From NCBI GenBank assembly GCA_964392545.1, contig CAYMQN010000006.1:1-44369 (forward strand): a stretch of DNA of 44,369 nt, in the 5' to 3' direction. The position numbers were made by a program, and so were the translations under genes. Of the stretch, positions 1-8,725 are shown one piece after another. The notes under the pieces were generated by a model that was given only the letters and a program-made list of their open reading frames with translations, had not been told where the DNA came from and ran no database searches. Source of the stretch: an uncultured Desulfobacteraceae bacterium (GTDB lineage: Bacteria; Desulfobacterota; Desulfobacteria; Desulfobacterales; UBA5852). Position 1 is the first letter of the stretch. Every line of letters begins with the position of its first letter.

Positions 1-545
1 CCGAGGCGTTCCACCAAGCCTTGGTCGTGGATGCTCTGGAGATTGATGCGGACGTTGAAGCACGCCCCCTGGAGGGCCGCCCGGGCCAGCATGGCGCCCA
101 CGGCACCGTCCGAGGCGGCATTGGGATTGCCCGATCGCACGGCCGTTTGAGCCAGCTCCATGACGGCCAGGGCCTTTTCGGCCACCGCCAGGGGTACCTG
201 GGCGGCCTGCTGCAGGGCGGCCTGGACGGCTTCCGTGCGGCGCCGCTTTTCCGCCGCCGTTGCCCGCGGCAGCTGGAAGGCCTGCATGACGGCGGTGTAG
301 GCGGCGGCATCGCGGTCCATGTCGCTCAGAAGCTCCCCGCGCAATTTTTGGGCCTTTTCGGCCATGGCGCGCATCTCCGGATCGACGGCGGCGAAGTCGG
401 GGCGCCCGGCGGTAAGCTGGGCCACCATCTGGGCCAGGGCCGCTGCCACGGCCGCGGTCATGGCCGACAGACTGCCGCCGCCCGGCACCGGTGTGCCTTC
501 GGCGGTGCGCTCTAAAAGCTCCTGCAGTGTAAGGTCAGCGAGCAT
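1..545 (-). CDS. Formiminotetrahydrofolate cyclodeaminase-family protein (FTCD_C-like), 3' end beyond window edge
   Basis: Absent from the ORF track because it is open at the window edge. My reverse-strand translation from ATG 545..543 reads MLADLTLQELLERTAEGTPVPGGGSLSAMTAAVAAALAQMVAQLTAGRPDF...ACFNVRINLQSIHDQGLVERL with no stop down to position 1. The PGGGS..A..VA.LT and NVRINL motifs mirror the C-terminal half of the FtcD at 6501..8123. The start overlaps the hutI stop by 11 nt. Confidence 0.75.
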   Translation of the reverse strand, partial: MLADLTLQELLERTAEGTPVPGGGSLSAMTAAVAAALAQMVAQLTAGRPDFAAVDPEMRAMAEKAQKLRGELLSDMDRDAAAYTAVMQAFQLPRATAAEKRRRTEAVQAALQQAAQVPLAVAEKALAVMELAQTAVRSGNPNAASDGAVGAMLARAALQGACFNVRINLQSIHDQGLVERL

Positions 546-1812
546 CGACGTGTCCTCCCCGAGCGGTGTCGTAAACCAGCCGCCCCTTCTTGATCACCTG
601 AGCCACCGTGTTGACCCCGATGTGATAGGGGATATAGCGATAGGAGGGATAGTCCAGGATAACGACGTCCCCCTGCTTGCCCGGTTCCAGGCTGCCCACC
701 CGGTCGGCCCGGCCCAGGGCGGCGGCCCCGTTCAAGGTGATCGCGGTCAGGGCTTCTTCCGGCGTCATCTCCATGTAGAGGGTGGCCAGGGCCACCAGCA
801 GGGGGATGCTGTGGGAAAAGCAACTGCCCGGATTGAGATCGGTGGCCAGGGCCACGGCGCAGCCCCTGTCGATCATGGCGCGTCCCCGGGCGTAGGGTTC
901 CTTCAGGCTGAAGGCGGTCATGGGCAGCAGCGTGGCCACCACCCCGGAGGCGGCCAGCCCCTGGATGCCCGCATCGGAGGCGTGCAGGAGGTGGTCGGCG
1001 GAAACGGCCCCCAGTTCCACGGCCAGCTCGGTGCCCCCCAGGGGCACGATCTCGTCGGCGTGCAGGGTCAGCTTGAACCCCAGGTCCCGGGCCGTCGTCA
1101 ACAGACGGCGGGACTGCGCCACGGAAAAGACCTGGTCTTCACAGAAGATATCGCAGAATTCGGCCAGGCCGCGTTCGGCGACGACCGGCAGGACATCCTG
1201 CATGACGAACGCCAGGTAGGCCTCTCCGCCGCCGGGATAGTCCCTGGGGACGGCATGGGCCCCCAGGAAGGTGGCCACGATGTCCAGGGGGTGCTCCCGC
1301 GCCAGGACGGCCATGGCTTCCAGCTGCCGCAGTTCGGTGTCCCGGTCGAGGCCGTAGCCGCTTTTGCCTTCCACCGTGGTCACCCCGAAGCCCAGCATGG
1401 CGTCCAGCCGGCGGCGGGCCGTTTCCACGAGCTGGTCCAGGCCGGCTTCGCGGGTGGCCGCCACGGTGCTGACGATGCCGCCCCCCCGGGCCATGATGTC
1501 CATGTAGCTGACGCCCTGCAGGCGCCAGGCGAATTCGTCGGCCCGGTACCCGCCGAAGACGAAGTGGGTATGGGAATCCACAAACCCCGGCAGCACGGCC
1601 CGCCCCGAGGCGTCGATGACGGTAAAGGCCTGGGGGTCGACATCGGCCGTCACCGCGTCGGTGGGGCCCACGGCCGTGATAGTGCCGTTTTCGATCCTCA
1701 CCGCACCGTCGGCCACGGTGTAAAGGTCGCTCATGGCCTTCCCGGAGCGGGCCTGGAGCCCGCAGCTGGTGGCCAGCTCCGCGGCATGGATGACCATCAG
1801 GTTTCCGTTCAT
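535..1812 (-). CDS. hutI: Imidazolonepropionase
   Basis: 425-aa ORF with amidohydrolase signatures (VDSHTHFVFGG, KLTLHADE, ATDLNPGS). Full-length resemblance to HutI by eye. SD-like GGAG upstream. It lies 21 nt downstream of hutU. Confidence 0.9.
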   Translation of the reverse strand: MNGNLMVIHAAELATSCGLQARSGKAMSDLYTVADGAVRIENGTITAVGPTDAVTADVDPQAFTVIDASGRAVLPGFVDSHTHFVFGGYRADEFAWRLQGVSYMDIMARGGGIVSTVAATREAGLDQLVETARRRLDAMLGFGVTTVEGKSGYGLDRDTELRQLEAMAVLAREHPLDIVATFLGAHAVPRDYPGGGEAYLAFVMQDVLPVVAERGLAEFCDIFCEDQVFSVAQSRRLLTTARDLGFKLTLHADEIVPLGGTELAVELGAVSADHLLHASDAGIQGLAASGVVATLLPMTAFSLKEPYARGRAMIDRGCAVALATDLNPGSCFSHSIPLLVALATLYMEMTPEEALTAITLNGAAALGRADRVGSLEPGKQGDVVILDYPSYRYIPYHIGVNTVAQVIKKGRLVYDTARGGHVDAR

Positions 1813-1833
1813 GATCTCAAGGCTCCTGCCATT

Positions 1834-3882
1834 TCATTCGGATTCCGGCCCTGCCGGCAGATTGTCCAGGGTGGCCGCAAGCAGGTCGTCGTCCACCAGG
1901 TAAGGCAGGGTGGCATGGTCGCGGCCCCCGGATCGGCGGTTATGGCCGGCCATGGTTTCGAGGGCGTTGGGGTTGCGGGCCCAGGCCCGCCGCGCCACAC
2001 CCCCCAGAACGTCCCAGGGCATGGCCCGGCGGATGATGGCGTCCACCCGCTCGCTGCCGTCGAGCACCAGGCCGAAGCCGCCGTTGACGGCCTTGCCGAT
2101 ACCCACGCCGCCTCCGTTGTGCAGGGCCACCAGACTCATGCCCCGCGCGGCGTTGCCGGCAAAGCAGTGGGTGGCCATGTCGGCCATGACATTGCTGCCG
2201 TCGTGGATATTGGCGGTTTCCCGATAGGGCGAATCCGTGCCGCCGGTGTCGTGGTGGTCGCGCCCCAGCATGACCGGACCGATGACGCCCTCGCGGACCA
2301 TGGCGTTGAATTTCAGTGCGATGCGGGTGCGGCCGTCGGCATCCTGGTAAAGAATGCGGGCCTGGCTGCCCACCACCAGCCGGTTTTGGCCGGCATCGCG
2401 GATCCAGTTGTAGTTGTCGCGGTCCTGGAAACGCCGTTCGGGATCGATGCAGGCCAGGGCGGCCCGGTCGGTGGCCTCCAGGTCCTCGGGCCGGCCGCTG
2501 AGGCAGACCCAGCGGAAAGGCCCGTAGCCGTAATCGAAGAGCAGCGGCCCCATGAGATCCTCCACATAGGAGGGGTAGATAAAGCCTTCCAGAGTGTCGC
2601 GGCCGTTGCGGCAGACGTCCTTCACGCCGGCGTCGAAGATCGCCTTCAGAAAGCTGTTGCCGTAATCGAAGAAATAGGTGCCCCGCGCCGTGAGCTGCCG
2701 GATGAGGTCGAAATGGCGTTTGAGGGAAGCGTCGACCAGGGTTGCGAAGCCGGCGTGGTCCGTTCTGAGCAGGGCCGTGCGCTCCTCGAAGGAAAGGCCC
2801 TGGGGGCAGTAGCCCCCGTCGTAGACCACGTGGCAGGAGGTCTGGTCGGAGAGCAGGTCGATGGATTCCCCATGCTCGACGGCATGGGCCAGCAGGTCCA
2901 CCACGTTGCCGTGAAAGGCGATGGCCGCGGGGGTCCGGGAGGCCTGGCAGCTCCGGGCCTGCCGGAACGCTTCGGCCGGATCCGCCGTCACCTGGTCCAC
3001 CCAGCCCTGGTCGTGCCGGGTGCGGATGCGGGAAGCGTCCACTTCGGCGATGATGCCGACCCCTCCCGCAATCGCAACGGCCTTGCCCTGGGCGCCGCTC
3101 ATGCCGCCCAGGCCGGAGGAGACGAAAAGCCGGCCTTCCAGGGCCCCTTCGGCCTGGGTGCCGAAGGTGCGCCGGGCGGCGTTGAGAAGGGTGCTGTAGG
3201 TGCCGTGGACGATCCCCTGGGGGCCGATGTACATCCAGCCCCCGGCGGTCATTTGTCCGTAGTTGGCCACCCCCAGGGCCGCGGCCCGGTTCCACTGCGC
3301 GGAGTCGTCGAATTCGCCCACCATCAGGCCGTTGGTGATGATCACCCGCGGCGCCTCGGGGCTGGAGGCAAACAGCCCCAGGGGATGGCCCGAGGCCATG
3401 ACCAACGTTTGTTCGCGGGTGAGTTCCTCAAGGTAACCCTTGATGAGGCGGTACTGCATCCAGTTCTGGCAGACCTGGCCGGTTTCGCCGTAGGTCACCA
3501 GCTCGTAGGGATACAGGGCCACATCGACATCGAGGTTGTTGTCGATCATGACCTGGAAGGCGCGGCCCTCGATGCAGCGGCCGCGGTAGGTGTCGATGGG
3601 CTGGGCGCGAATGGCCCCCCGGGGGCGGAAGCGGTAGCCGTAGATGCGCCCGCGCGACTGCAGCTCCTCCAGAAATTCCGGGGCCAGGGCCGCATGCCAG
3701 GCCGGGGGGATATAGCGCAGGGCGTTTTTAAGGGCCAGAGCGGTCTCGGAGCGGCTCAGGCGGATGTGGCGCCGGGGGGCGCGCCGGATGCCGTCCTGGA
3801 AAACGGCCGGACCCGGCATCTCGCGGAACACGTCGGCGAGTCGAATGCGCATGGCGTCGTGGATGTCCTGATTACCGAGCAT
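1834..3882 (-). CDS. hutU: Urocanate hydratase (urocanase), long ~680-aa form
   Basis: Urocanase motifs are present throughout (LALKNALRYIP, GQMTAGGWMYIGPQGIVHGTY, GGMSGAQ, HDTGGTDSPYRETANI). The ORF is open to 3972. The ATG at 3882 is preceded by GGGAGG plus a 5-nt spacer, whereas the ATG at 3972 has no SD, so I prefer 3882. Confidence 0.88.
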   Translation of the reverse strand: MLGNQDIHDAMRIRLADVFREMPGPAVFQDGIRRAPRRHIRLSRSETALALKNALRYIPPAWHAALAPEFLEELQSRGRIYGYRFRPRGAIRAQPIDTYRGRCIEGRAFQVMIDNNLDVDVALYPYELVTYGETGQVCQNWMQYRLIKGYLEELTREQTLVMASGHPLGLFASSPEAPRVIITNGLMVGEFDDSAQWNRAAALGVANYGQMTAGGWMYIGPQGIVHGTYSTLLNAARRTFGTQAEGALEGRLFVSSGLGGMSGAQGKAVAIAGGVGIIAEVDASRIRTRHDQGWVDQVTADPAEAFRQARSCQASRTPAAIAFHGNVVDLLAHAVEHGESIDLLSDQTSCHVVYDGGYCPQGLSFEERTALLRTDHAGFATLVDASLKRHFDLIRQLTARGTYFFDYGNSFLKAIFDAGVKDVCRNGRDTLEGFIYPSYVEDLMGPLLFDYGYGPFRWVCLSGRPEDLEATDRAALACIDPERRFQDRDNYNWIRDAGQNRLVVGSQARILYQDADGRTRIALKFNAMVREGVIGPVMLGRDHHDTGGTDSPYRETANIHDGSNVMADMATHCFAGNAARGMSLVALHNGGGVGIGKAVNGGFGLVLDGSERVDAIIRRAMPWDVLGGVARRAWARNPNALETMAGHNRRSGGRDHATLPYLVDDDLLAATLDNLPAGPESE

Positions 3883-3994
3883 GGCGACCTCCCTGAGGCC
3901 GGGGATGCCCGCGGGGCCACCAACGGCGACAGGGGGGGCCTTCCGAGCCTCATTTTCGATCTTTTGAACCATTTGAAATTACATTGAAATGGTA

Positions 3995-4024
3995 TTGACA
4001 TGTGAATTTTGGAATGTGTATAGA
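3995..4024 (+). promoter_or_regulatory. Candidate sigma-70 promoter for hutC (TTGACA, 18-nt spacer, TATAGA)
   Basis: TTGACA at 3995..4000 and TATAGA at 4019..4024, in the only AT-rich stretch between divergent hutU and hutC. The operator palindrome begins 2 nt downstream. Confidence 0.35.
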
Positions 4025-4025
4025 C

Positions 4026-4037
4026 TTGTATATACAA
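4026..4037. promoter_or_regulatory. Putative HutC (GntR-family) operator, perfect 12-bp palindrome TTGTATATACAA
   Basis: Perfect inverted repeat at 4026..4037, preceded by the related half-site TGTATAGAC at 4017..4025. GT-N-TA-N-AC / TGTATA-type palindromes are the known recognition pattern of HutC-subfamily repressors. It sits between divergent hut genes. Confidence 0.55.
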
Positions 4038-4056
4038 CTGCGCTGCCTACTGTCAA
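4029..4056 (-). promoter_or_regulatory. Candidate sigma-70 promoter for hutU-hutI (TTGACA, 16-nt spacer, TATATA)
   Basis: The minus strand reads TTGACA (4056..4051), a 16-nt spacer, then TATATA (4034..4029). The -10 element lies inside the operator palindrome. Confidence 0.35.
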
Positions 4057-4178
4057 TATGGTTTGATGGTCGGGAAGCCGGAGGTGTTTTCCGGTACGAT
4101 CCAGGCCGAACAGGGCGAAACGTGGCCTGAACCGAAAACGACGCTTTCAGGGCGCCCCCTCAGGAACGAGAACACGCC

Positions 4179-4934
4179 ATGCGCCACCGCCGACAACCGA
4201 ACCGCCCGCGGCGGCCCCTCTACCAGGAGGTCAAAGCCCATGTCCTGGATCGGATGCAACGGGAAGCATGGCCCCCCCATTATCGGGTGCCGTCCGAAAA
4301 TGCTCTGGTGGCCAGGCTGGGCGTCTCCCGCATGACGGTCAACCGGGCCCTGCGGGAACTGTCCGCCGAAGGGCGCCTCTACCGGCTTCAGGGGGTGGGT
4401 ACCTTCGTGGCGGCCCAAAAGCCGGACGCGGCGTTTTTGACGGTCCGCAGCATCGCCGACGAGATCCGCAGCCGGGGGGGCATCCACCGCAGCGAGGTGC
4501 TCCTGTTGCAGGAGGAAGCCGCCCCCGAGGCGATTGCCGATGTCATGGGGCTGCCCCGGGAAGCCCGGGTGTTCCACGCCGTTCTGGTGCACATGGATCA
4601 CGGTGTGCCGGTGCAGTACGCCGAGCGCTTCGTCAATCCGGCCGTGGCTCCCGATTTCCTGAAGCAGGATTTTGACCGCATAACCCCCAGTGAATATCTT
4701 TTGCGCGTTGCACCGGTGACGGAGGCCGAGCACGTGGTGGAGGCTTCGCGCTGCGAACCCCGCATCCGCCGGCTGTTGCAGATGCCCGAAGACGAACCCT
4801 GCCTGGTCCTGTACCGCACCACCTGGGTGGCATCCGCGGTGGCCACCCGCAACCGGTTCGTCTATCCGGGATCACGCTTCCGGATCGGCAGTCGTTTCCG
4901 CGTTAAACCGGAAGATACCCATCCGGTCATTTGA
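4179..4934 (+). CDS. hutC: Histidine utilisation repressor, GntR/HutC family
   Basis: N-terminal winged-HTH (LPSENALVARLGVSRMTVNRALRELSAEGRLYRLQGVGTFV) plus a UTRA-like C-terminal domain. Divergent from hutU and directly upstream of hutH. Confidence 0.88.
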   Translation: MRHRRQPNRPRRPLYQEVKAHVLDRMQREAWPPHYRVPSENALVARLGVSRMTVNRALRELSAEGRLYRLQGVGTFVAAQKPDAAFLTVRSIADEIRSRGGIHRSEVLLLQEEAAPEAIADVMGLPREARVFHAVLVHMDHGVPVQYAERFVNPAVAPDFLKQDFDRITPSEYLLRVAPVTEAEHVVEASRCEPRIRRLLQMPEDEPCLVLYRTTWVASAVATRNRFVYPGSRFRIGSRFRVKPEDTHPVI

Positions 4935-4967
4935 GGCCGTCGCCAGAACAGGCCTGGGAGAGGGACG

Positions 4968-6497
4968 ATGCATACCATCGCGTTGGGAATGGACGGCATG
5001 CGGTTGGACGACCTCGTGCGGATTGCCCGTCAGGGAGCGGCCGTAACGCTGCGTCCGGCCGCCCGGGAGCGCATCCGGCGGGCCTGGCGGCTGATCACGC
5101 GCTGGGTGGCCGAAGAGCGCACGGTCTACGGCGTGACCACCGGTTTCGGTGCGCTGAGCGATGTCGCCATTTCCAGGGCCGATACCCGCCGTCTGCAGTT
5201 CAATATCCTCAAGAGCCATGCCGTGGGGGTCGGCGATCCCCTGGCGGCCGAGATCGTGCGGGCCATGATGGCCCTGCGGATCAAGGACTTCGCCCGGGGC
5301 AACGCCGGGGTGCGCACGGAGACGGTGGACGCCTGGATCCGCCTGTTGAATGCCGGCGTCGTTCCGGAGGTGCCGGAGAAGGGTTCGGTGGGGGCCAGCG
5401 GCGACTTGGTGCCGTTGGCCCATGTGGGCATCGTGCTGATCGGTGAAGGCCGGGCGGAGGTGAACGGGCAGCGGGTTTCGGGACGGGAGGCCTTGGCCGC
5501 CTGCGGCCTGGAGCCGCTTCAACTGGAGGCCGGCGAGGGGCTGGCCATGATCAACGGCACCCAGGCCATGACGGCCATCGGCGCCCTGGCGGTCCACGAT
5601 GCGGCCCGGCTCGCCGCCCACACGGATCTGGCCGCCGCCATGAGCACCGAGGTGCTCATGGGCAGCAAGACCGAATTCGACCCGCGCATCCATCGCCTGC
5701 GCCCGCACCCCGGCCAGGCCGTGGCCGCCGGGAACATGGACCGCATCACCCGCGACAGCGAGATCATTTCCTCCCACCAGGACTGCAAGCGGGTCCAGGA
5801 CGCCTATTCCCTGCGCTGCTCGCCCCAGGTGCACGGCGCCAGCCGGGACGCCATCGCCTACACCCGCCAGGTGCTGGAAACCGAGATGAACGCCTCCACC
5901 GGCAACCCGCTGATCTACCCGGAAAGCGGGGATTTTCTGCTGGGCGGCAATTTCCACGGCCAGCCGGTGGCCCTGGCGCTCGATTTCATGTGCATGGCCG
6001 TGGCCGAACTGGCCAATATTTCGGAGCGCCGCATCGAGCGGCTGGTCAACCCCAAGTTGAGCGGTCTGCCGGCCTTCCTGGTCAAGGACGGCGGGCTCAA
6101 TTCCGGCTTCATGATCGCCCAGTACGTGGCCGCCGCCCTGGTGTCGGAAAACAAGGTCCTGAGCCATCCGGCGGTGGTGGATTCCATCCCCACCTCGGCC
6201 AACAAGGAGGATCACGTTTCCATGGGCACGATCTCGGCCCGCAAGTGCCGGGAAGTGGTCCGCAACGCGGAGAACGTGGTGGCCATCGAGCTGCTCTGCG
6301 CGGCCCAGGCGCTGGACCTTTTCACCAATATGCAGCCCGGGGCGGGCACCCGGGCCGCCTACGATGCCATCCGCCGGGTGGTGCCGCATCTGGAAAACGA
6401 TCGGATCCTCTCCGAGGACGTCAAGCGCGTGGTGGACCTGATCCGCGCAGGGGAGATCATGGCGGCGGTCGAACCCCAGATCGGTCCAGTGAGGTAA
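4968..6497 (+). CDS. hutH: Histidine ammonia-lyase
   Basis: 509 aa. MIO-forming Ala-Ser-Gly triad in context (GSVGASGDLVPLAH). Aromatic ammonia-lyase motifs (NGTQAM, QDAYSLRC, GNFHGQP). Strong SD GGGAGAGGGA upstream. Confidence 0.93.
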   Translation: MHTIALGMDGMRLDDLVRIARQGAAVTLRPAARERIRRAWRLITRWVAEERTVYGVTTGFGALSDVAISRADTRRLQFNILKSHAVGVGDPLAAEIVRAMMALRIKDFARGNAGVRTETVDAWIRLLNAGVVPEVPEKGSVGASGDLVPLAHVGIVLIGEGRAEVNGQRVSGREALAACGLEPLQLEAGEGLAMINGTQAMTAIGALAVHDAARLAAHTDLAAAMSTEVLMGSKTEFDPRIHRLRPHPGQAVAAGNMDRITRDSEIISSHQDCKRVQDAYSLRCSPQVHGASRDAIAYTRQVLETEMNASTGNPLIYPESGDFLLGGNFHGQPVALALDFMCMAVAELANISERRIERLVNPKLSGLPAFLVKDGGLNSGFMIAQYVAAALVSENKVLSHPAVVDSIPTSANKEDHVSMGTISARKCREVVRNAENVVAIELLCAAQALDLFTNMQPGAGTRAAYDAIRRVVPHLENDRILSEDVKRVVDLIRAGEIMAAVEPQIGPVR

Positions 6498-6500
6498 CCC

Positions 6501-8123
6501 ATGCCGAAGATTGTCGAATGTGTCCCCAATTTTTCCGAGGGCCGGAATCAGGAGGTCATCGAGGCGCTTGCCGCGGCCATCCGCCGCACCGAAGGCTGCA
6601 CGCTGCTCGATGTGGATCCGGGGAAATCCACCCACCGTACGGTCTATACCTTCGTCGGATCGCCGGAGACCGTTGTGGAAGGGGCCTTGAATGCGGCCCG
6701 CGTGGCCCGCGAGCGCATCGACATGCGCACCCACAGCGGAGAACATCCGCGCATGGGGGCCCTGGATGTATGCCCCTTCGTGCCGGTGGCCAACGTCACC
6801 ATGGCGGAATGTGCGGCGGTGGCGCGGGAGTTCGCCCGCCGGGGGGCGGAGGAGCTGAAGGTGCCCTTTTATCTCTACGAGGCTGCCGCCGATCCCGCGC
6901 AGGCGCATCGGCGTACCCTTAGCCAGATCCGCGAAGGCGAGTACGAGGGGCTGGAGGAAAAACTCAAACAAGCGGCCTGGCGGCCGGATTACGGTCCGGA
7001 CCACTTCGTGCCGGAATGGGGTGCCACGGTCACCGGTGCCCGTCCTTTTCTCATTGCCTACAACGTCAATATCCTGGGCACGCCCAACCAGGCCCACCGC
7101 ATCGCGCTCAATCTGCGCGAAGCCGGGCGGGGGCCCGATGCGCCGGGTCGTTTCAAGGACGTCAAAGGCATGGGCTGGTTCGTGGACGAATACAACCTGG
7201 CCCAGGTGACGGTCAACCTGACCAATTATCGCGTGACCCCGCCGCATGTGTTTTTCGAAGCGGTCCGTGAGGAGGCGGCCAAACTGAACGTGACCGTGGC
7301 GGGATCCGAGGTGGTGGGCCTGCTGCCCCTGGAGGCCATGCTGATGGCGGCCGACGATTATATCGGTCGGGAAAACCTGTTGATCTACGAGGAGGACCAG
7401 AAGATCCGTCTCGTGGTGGACCGCCTGGGCCTCAATAGCGTGGCGCCCTTCGACCCCATGGAAAAGATCATCGAATACCGCGTGGCCGAAGCACCCGAGG
7501 AGCCGCTGGCCGGCGCCAGTCTGCGGGCGTTTATCGAGCAGATCGGCGCCCGCACCTCGGCGCCGGGCGGCGGGTCGGCTTCGGCGGCGATGGCCGCCGT
7601 CGGGGCGGCCCTGGGCGCCATGGTGGCCAAGCTGACCTACGGGGTGCGCAAATTCGAAACGGTCGATCCGCAGATGCGGCGGGTCATTCCGGTCCTGCAT
7701 GACGCCGTGCAGCGGCTGATCCCGATGATCGACGCCGACACGAACGCTTTCGGCGATTACATGGAAGGGGTGCGGATGCCCCAGGAGACGGATGCGCAAA
7801 AGGAGGCCCGCCGCCGGAAGATGCAGGCGGGGCTCGAAACGGCGGTGGCCGTGCCCCTGGAGACCATGAAGCTTGGCGACGGCGTCTGGGAAAGTCTCTG
7901 CGATGTGGCCCGTTTCGGCAATCCGGCCTCGCGCTCGGACGTCGAAGTCGGTGCCCGGGCGCTCGAGGCCGGCATCTGGGGCGCCTACCGCAATGTGCGG
8001 ATCAACTTGGAGGAGATCGACGACGCGGCGTTCAAAGCGGCCATGACCCGGGAGGCCGAACAACTGGCCCGGCGCGCCGAAGCCAAATGCGCCGAAGTGC
8101 TGGCGCTGCTCGCGGGCCGGTGA
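6501..8123 (+). CDS. ftcD: Bifunctional glutamate formimidoyltransferase / formimidoyl-THF cyclodeaminase
   Basis: The N-terminus MPKIVECVPNFSEGRN is the classic formiminotransferase start. The C-terminal ~200 aa carry the cyclodeaminase motifs (APGGGSASAAMAAVGAALGAMVAKLT, NVRINLEEI). The gene starts 3 nt after the hutH stop. Confidence 0.9.
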   Translation: MPKIVECVPNFSEGRNQEVIEALAAAIRRTEGCTLLDVDPGKSTHRTVYTFVGSPETVVEGALNAARVARERIDMRTHSGEHPRMGALDVCPFVPVANVTMAECAAVAREFARRGAEELKVPFYLYEAAADPAQAHRRTLSQIREGEYEGLEEKLKQAAWRPDYGPDHFVPEWGATVTGARPFLIAYNVNILGTPNQAHRIALNLREAGRGPDAPGRFKDVKGMGWFVDEYNLAQVTVNLTNYRVTPPHVFFEAVREEAAKLNVTVAGSEVVGLLPLEAMLMAADDYIGRENLLIYEEDQKIRLVVDRLGLNSVAPFDPMEKIIEYRVAEAPEEPLAGASLRAFIEQIGARTSAPGGGSASAAMAAVGAALGAMVAKLTYGVRKFETVDPQMRRVIPVLHDAVQRLIPMIDADTNAFGDYMEGVRMPQETDAQKEARRRKMQAGLETAVAVPLETMKLGDGVWESLCDVARFGNPASRSDVEVGARALEAGIWGAYRNVRINLEEIDDAAFKAAMTREAEQLARRAEAKCAEVLALLAGR

Positions 8124-8206
8124 GACGGTGGTTTAAATCAAACCCGTAACGGGAATTTCCTAAAAGGCCGACTTTTGGGGATGATGATGGCAAGGAAGAG
8201 GTTAAG

Positions 8207-8725
8207 ATGCGCAAGGCCGTCAGCGATATCCTGCTAAGCTGGGAGCGCCAAGACCGGCCGCCGACCCGGGACGACTACCTGGCGGGGGCCCGGGCGCTCG
8301 CGGCCCTGCGTCTCAAAGGCGCCGGCCGCGGCCTGTGGCCGCAACCGCCGCGTATGATCACCGCCACTTTGGATGACGGATGGGGGCACGGCCTTGACGT
8401 GATCGAAGCCCTGGCCGCTGCCGTGGGCGTCGATGTGCAGCGCCTGGGCCTCCTGCAGCCGCCCGAGGCCATCGTGGAGGTCTGCCGGACACAGGCGCCC
8501 GACCTGCTGGGCCTGACCGTGCTGCAGTTCGACAGCGACGAAGCCCTCGGCGCGATAACGGACGCGCTGCCACCGCAAACCACCCTGATTGCCGGGGGGG
8601 CGGCCTTTCGCTACGACCCGGAGTTGGCCGCCCGCACCGGCACCCATGCGGTGGCCCGCGATGGAGCCGCTTTCCTGCAGTTTCTGATCGCTTACGAATA
8701 CCTTCCGTCGGGCACGCCCCGATGA
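8207..8725 (+). CDS. B12-binding-domain-like protein (degenerate DxHxxG)
   Basis: 172 aa. The segment MITATLDDGWGHGLDVIEALAAAVGVDVQRLG...PDLLGLTVLQ...TLIAGGAAF follows the Rossmann-like cobalamin-binding domain layout. The canonical DxHxxG reads WGHGLD, so His is kept and Asp is lost. SD AGGAAGAGG upstream. Confidence 0.5.
   Translation: MRKAVSDILLSWERQDRPPTRDDYLAGARALAALRLKGAGRGLWPQPPRMITATLDDGWGHGLDVIEALAAAVGVDVQRLGLLQPPEAIVEVCRTQAPDLLGLTVLQFDSDEALGAITDALPPQTTLIAGGAAFRYDPELAARTGTHAVARDGAAFLQFLIAYEYLPSGTPR

Noticed and set aside
319-3987. 1222-aa plus-strand ORF spanning the whole hutI-hutU region. Also the nested ORFs 21..515, 512..823, 1940..3295 and others.
   Set aside because: It is antisense to two genes with unmistakable enzyme motifs. 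Its translation is a low-complexity Gly/Ala/Arg/Pro/His-rich string with no family resemblance. Long stop-free antisense frames are expected in GC-rich DNA.
4872-8063. 1063-aa minus-strand ORF opposite hutH and ftcD.
   Set aside because: The same reasoning applies. It is antisense to two well-supported enzymes, has biased composition, and has no motifs or SD.
8124-8206. A possible cobalamin riboswitch upstream of the B12-binding-like gene.
   Set aside because: The spacer is only 83 nt, which is too short. It has no B12-box-like sequence that I can recognise.
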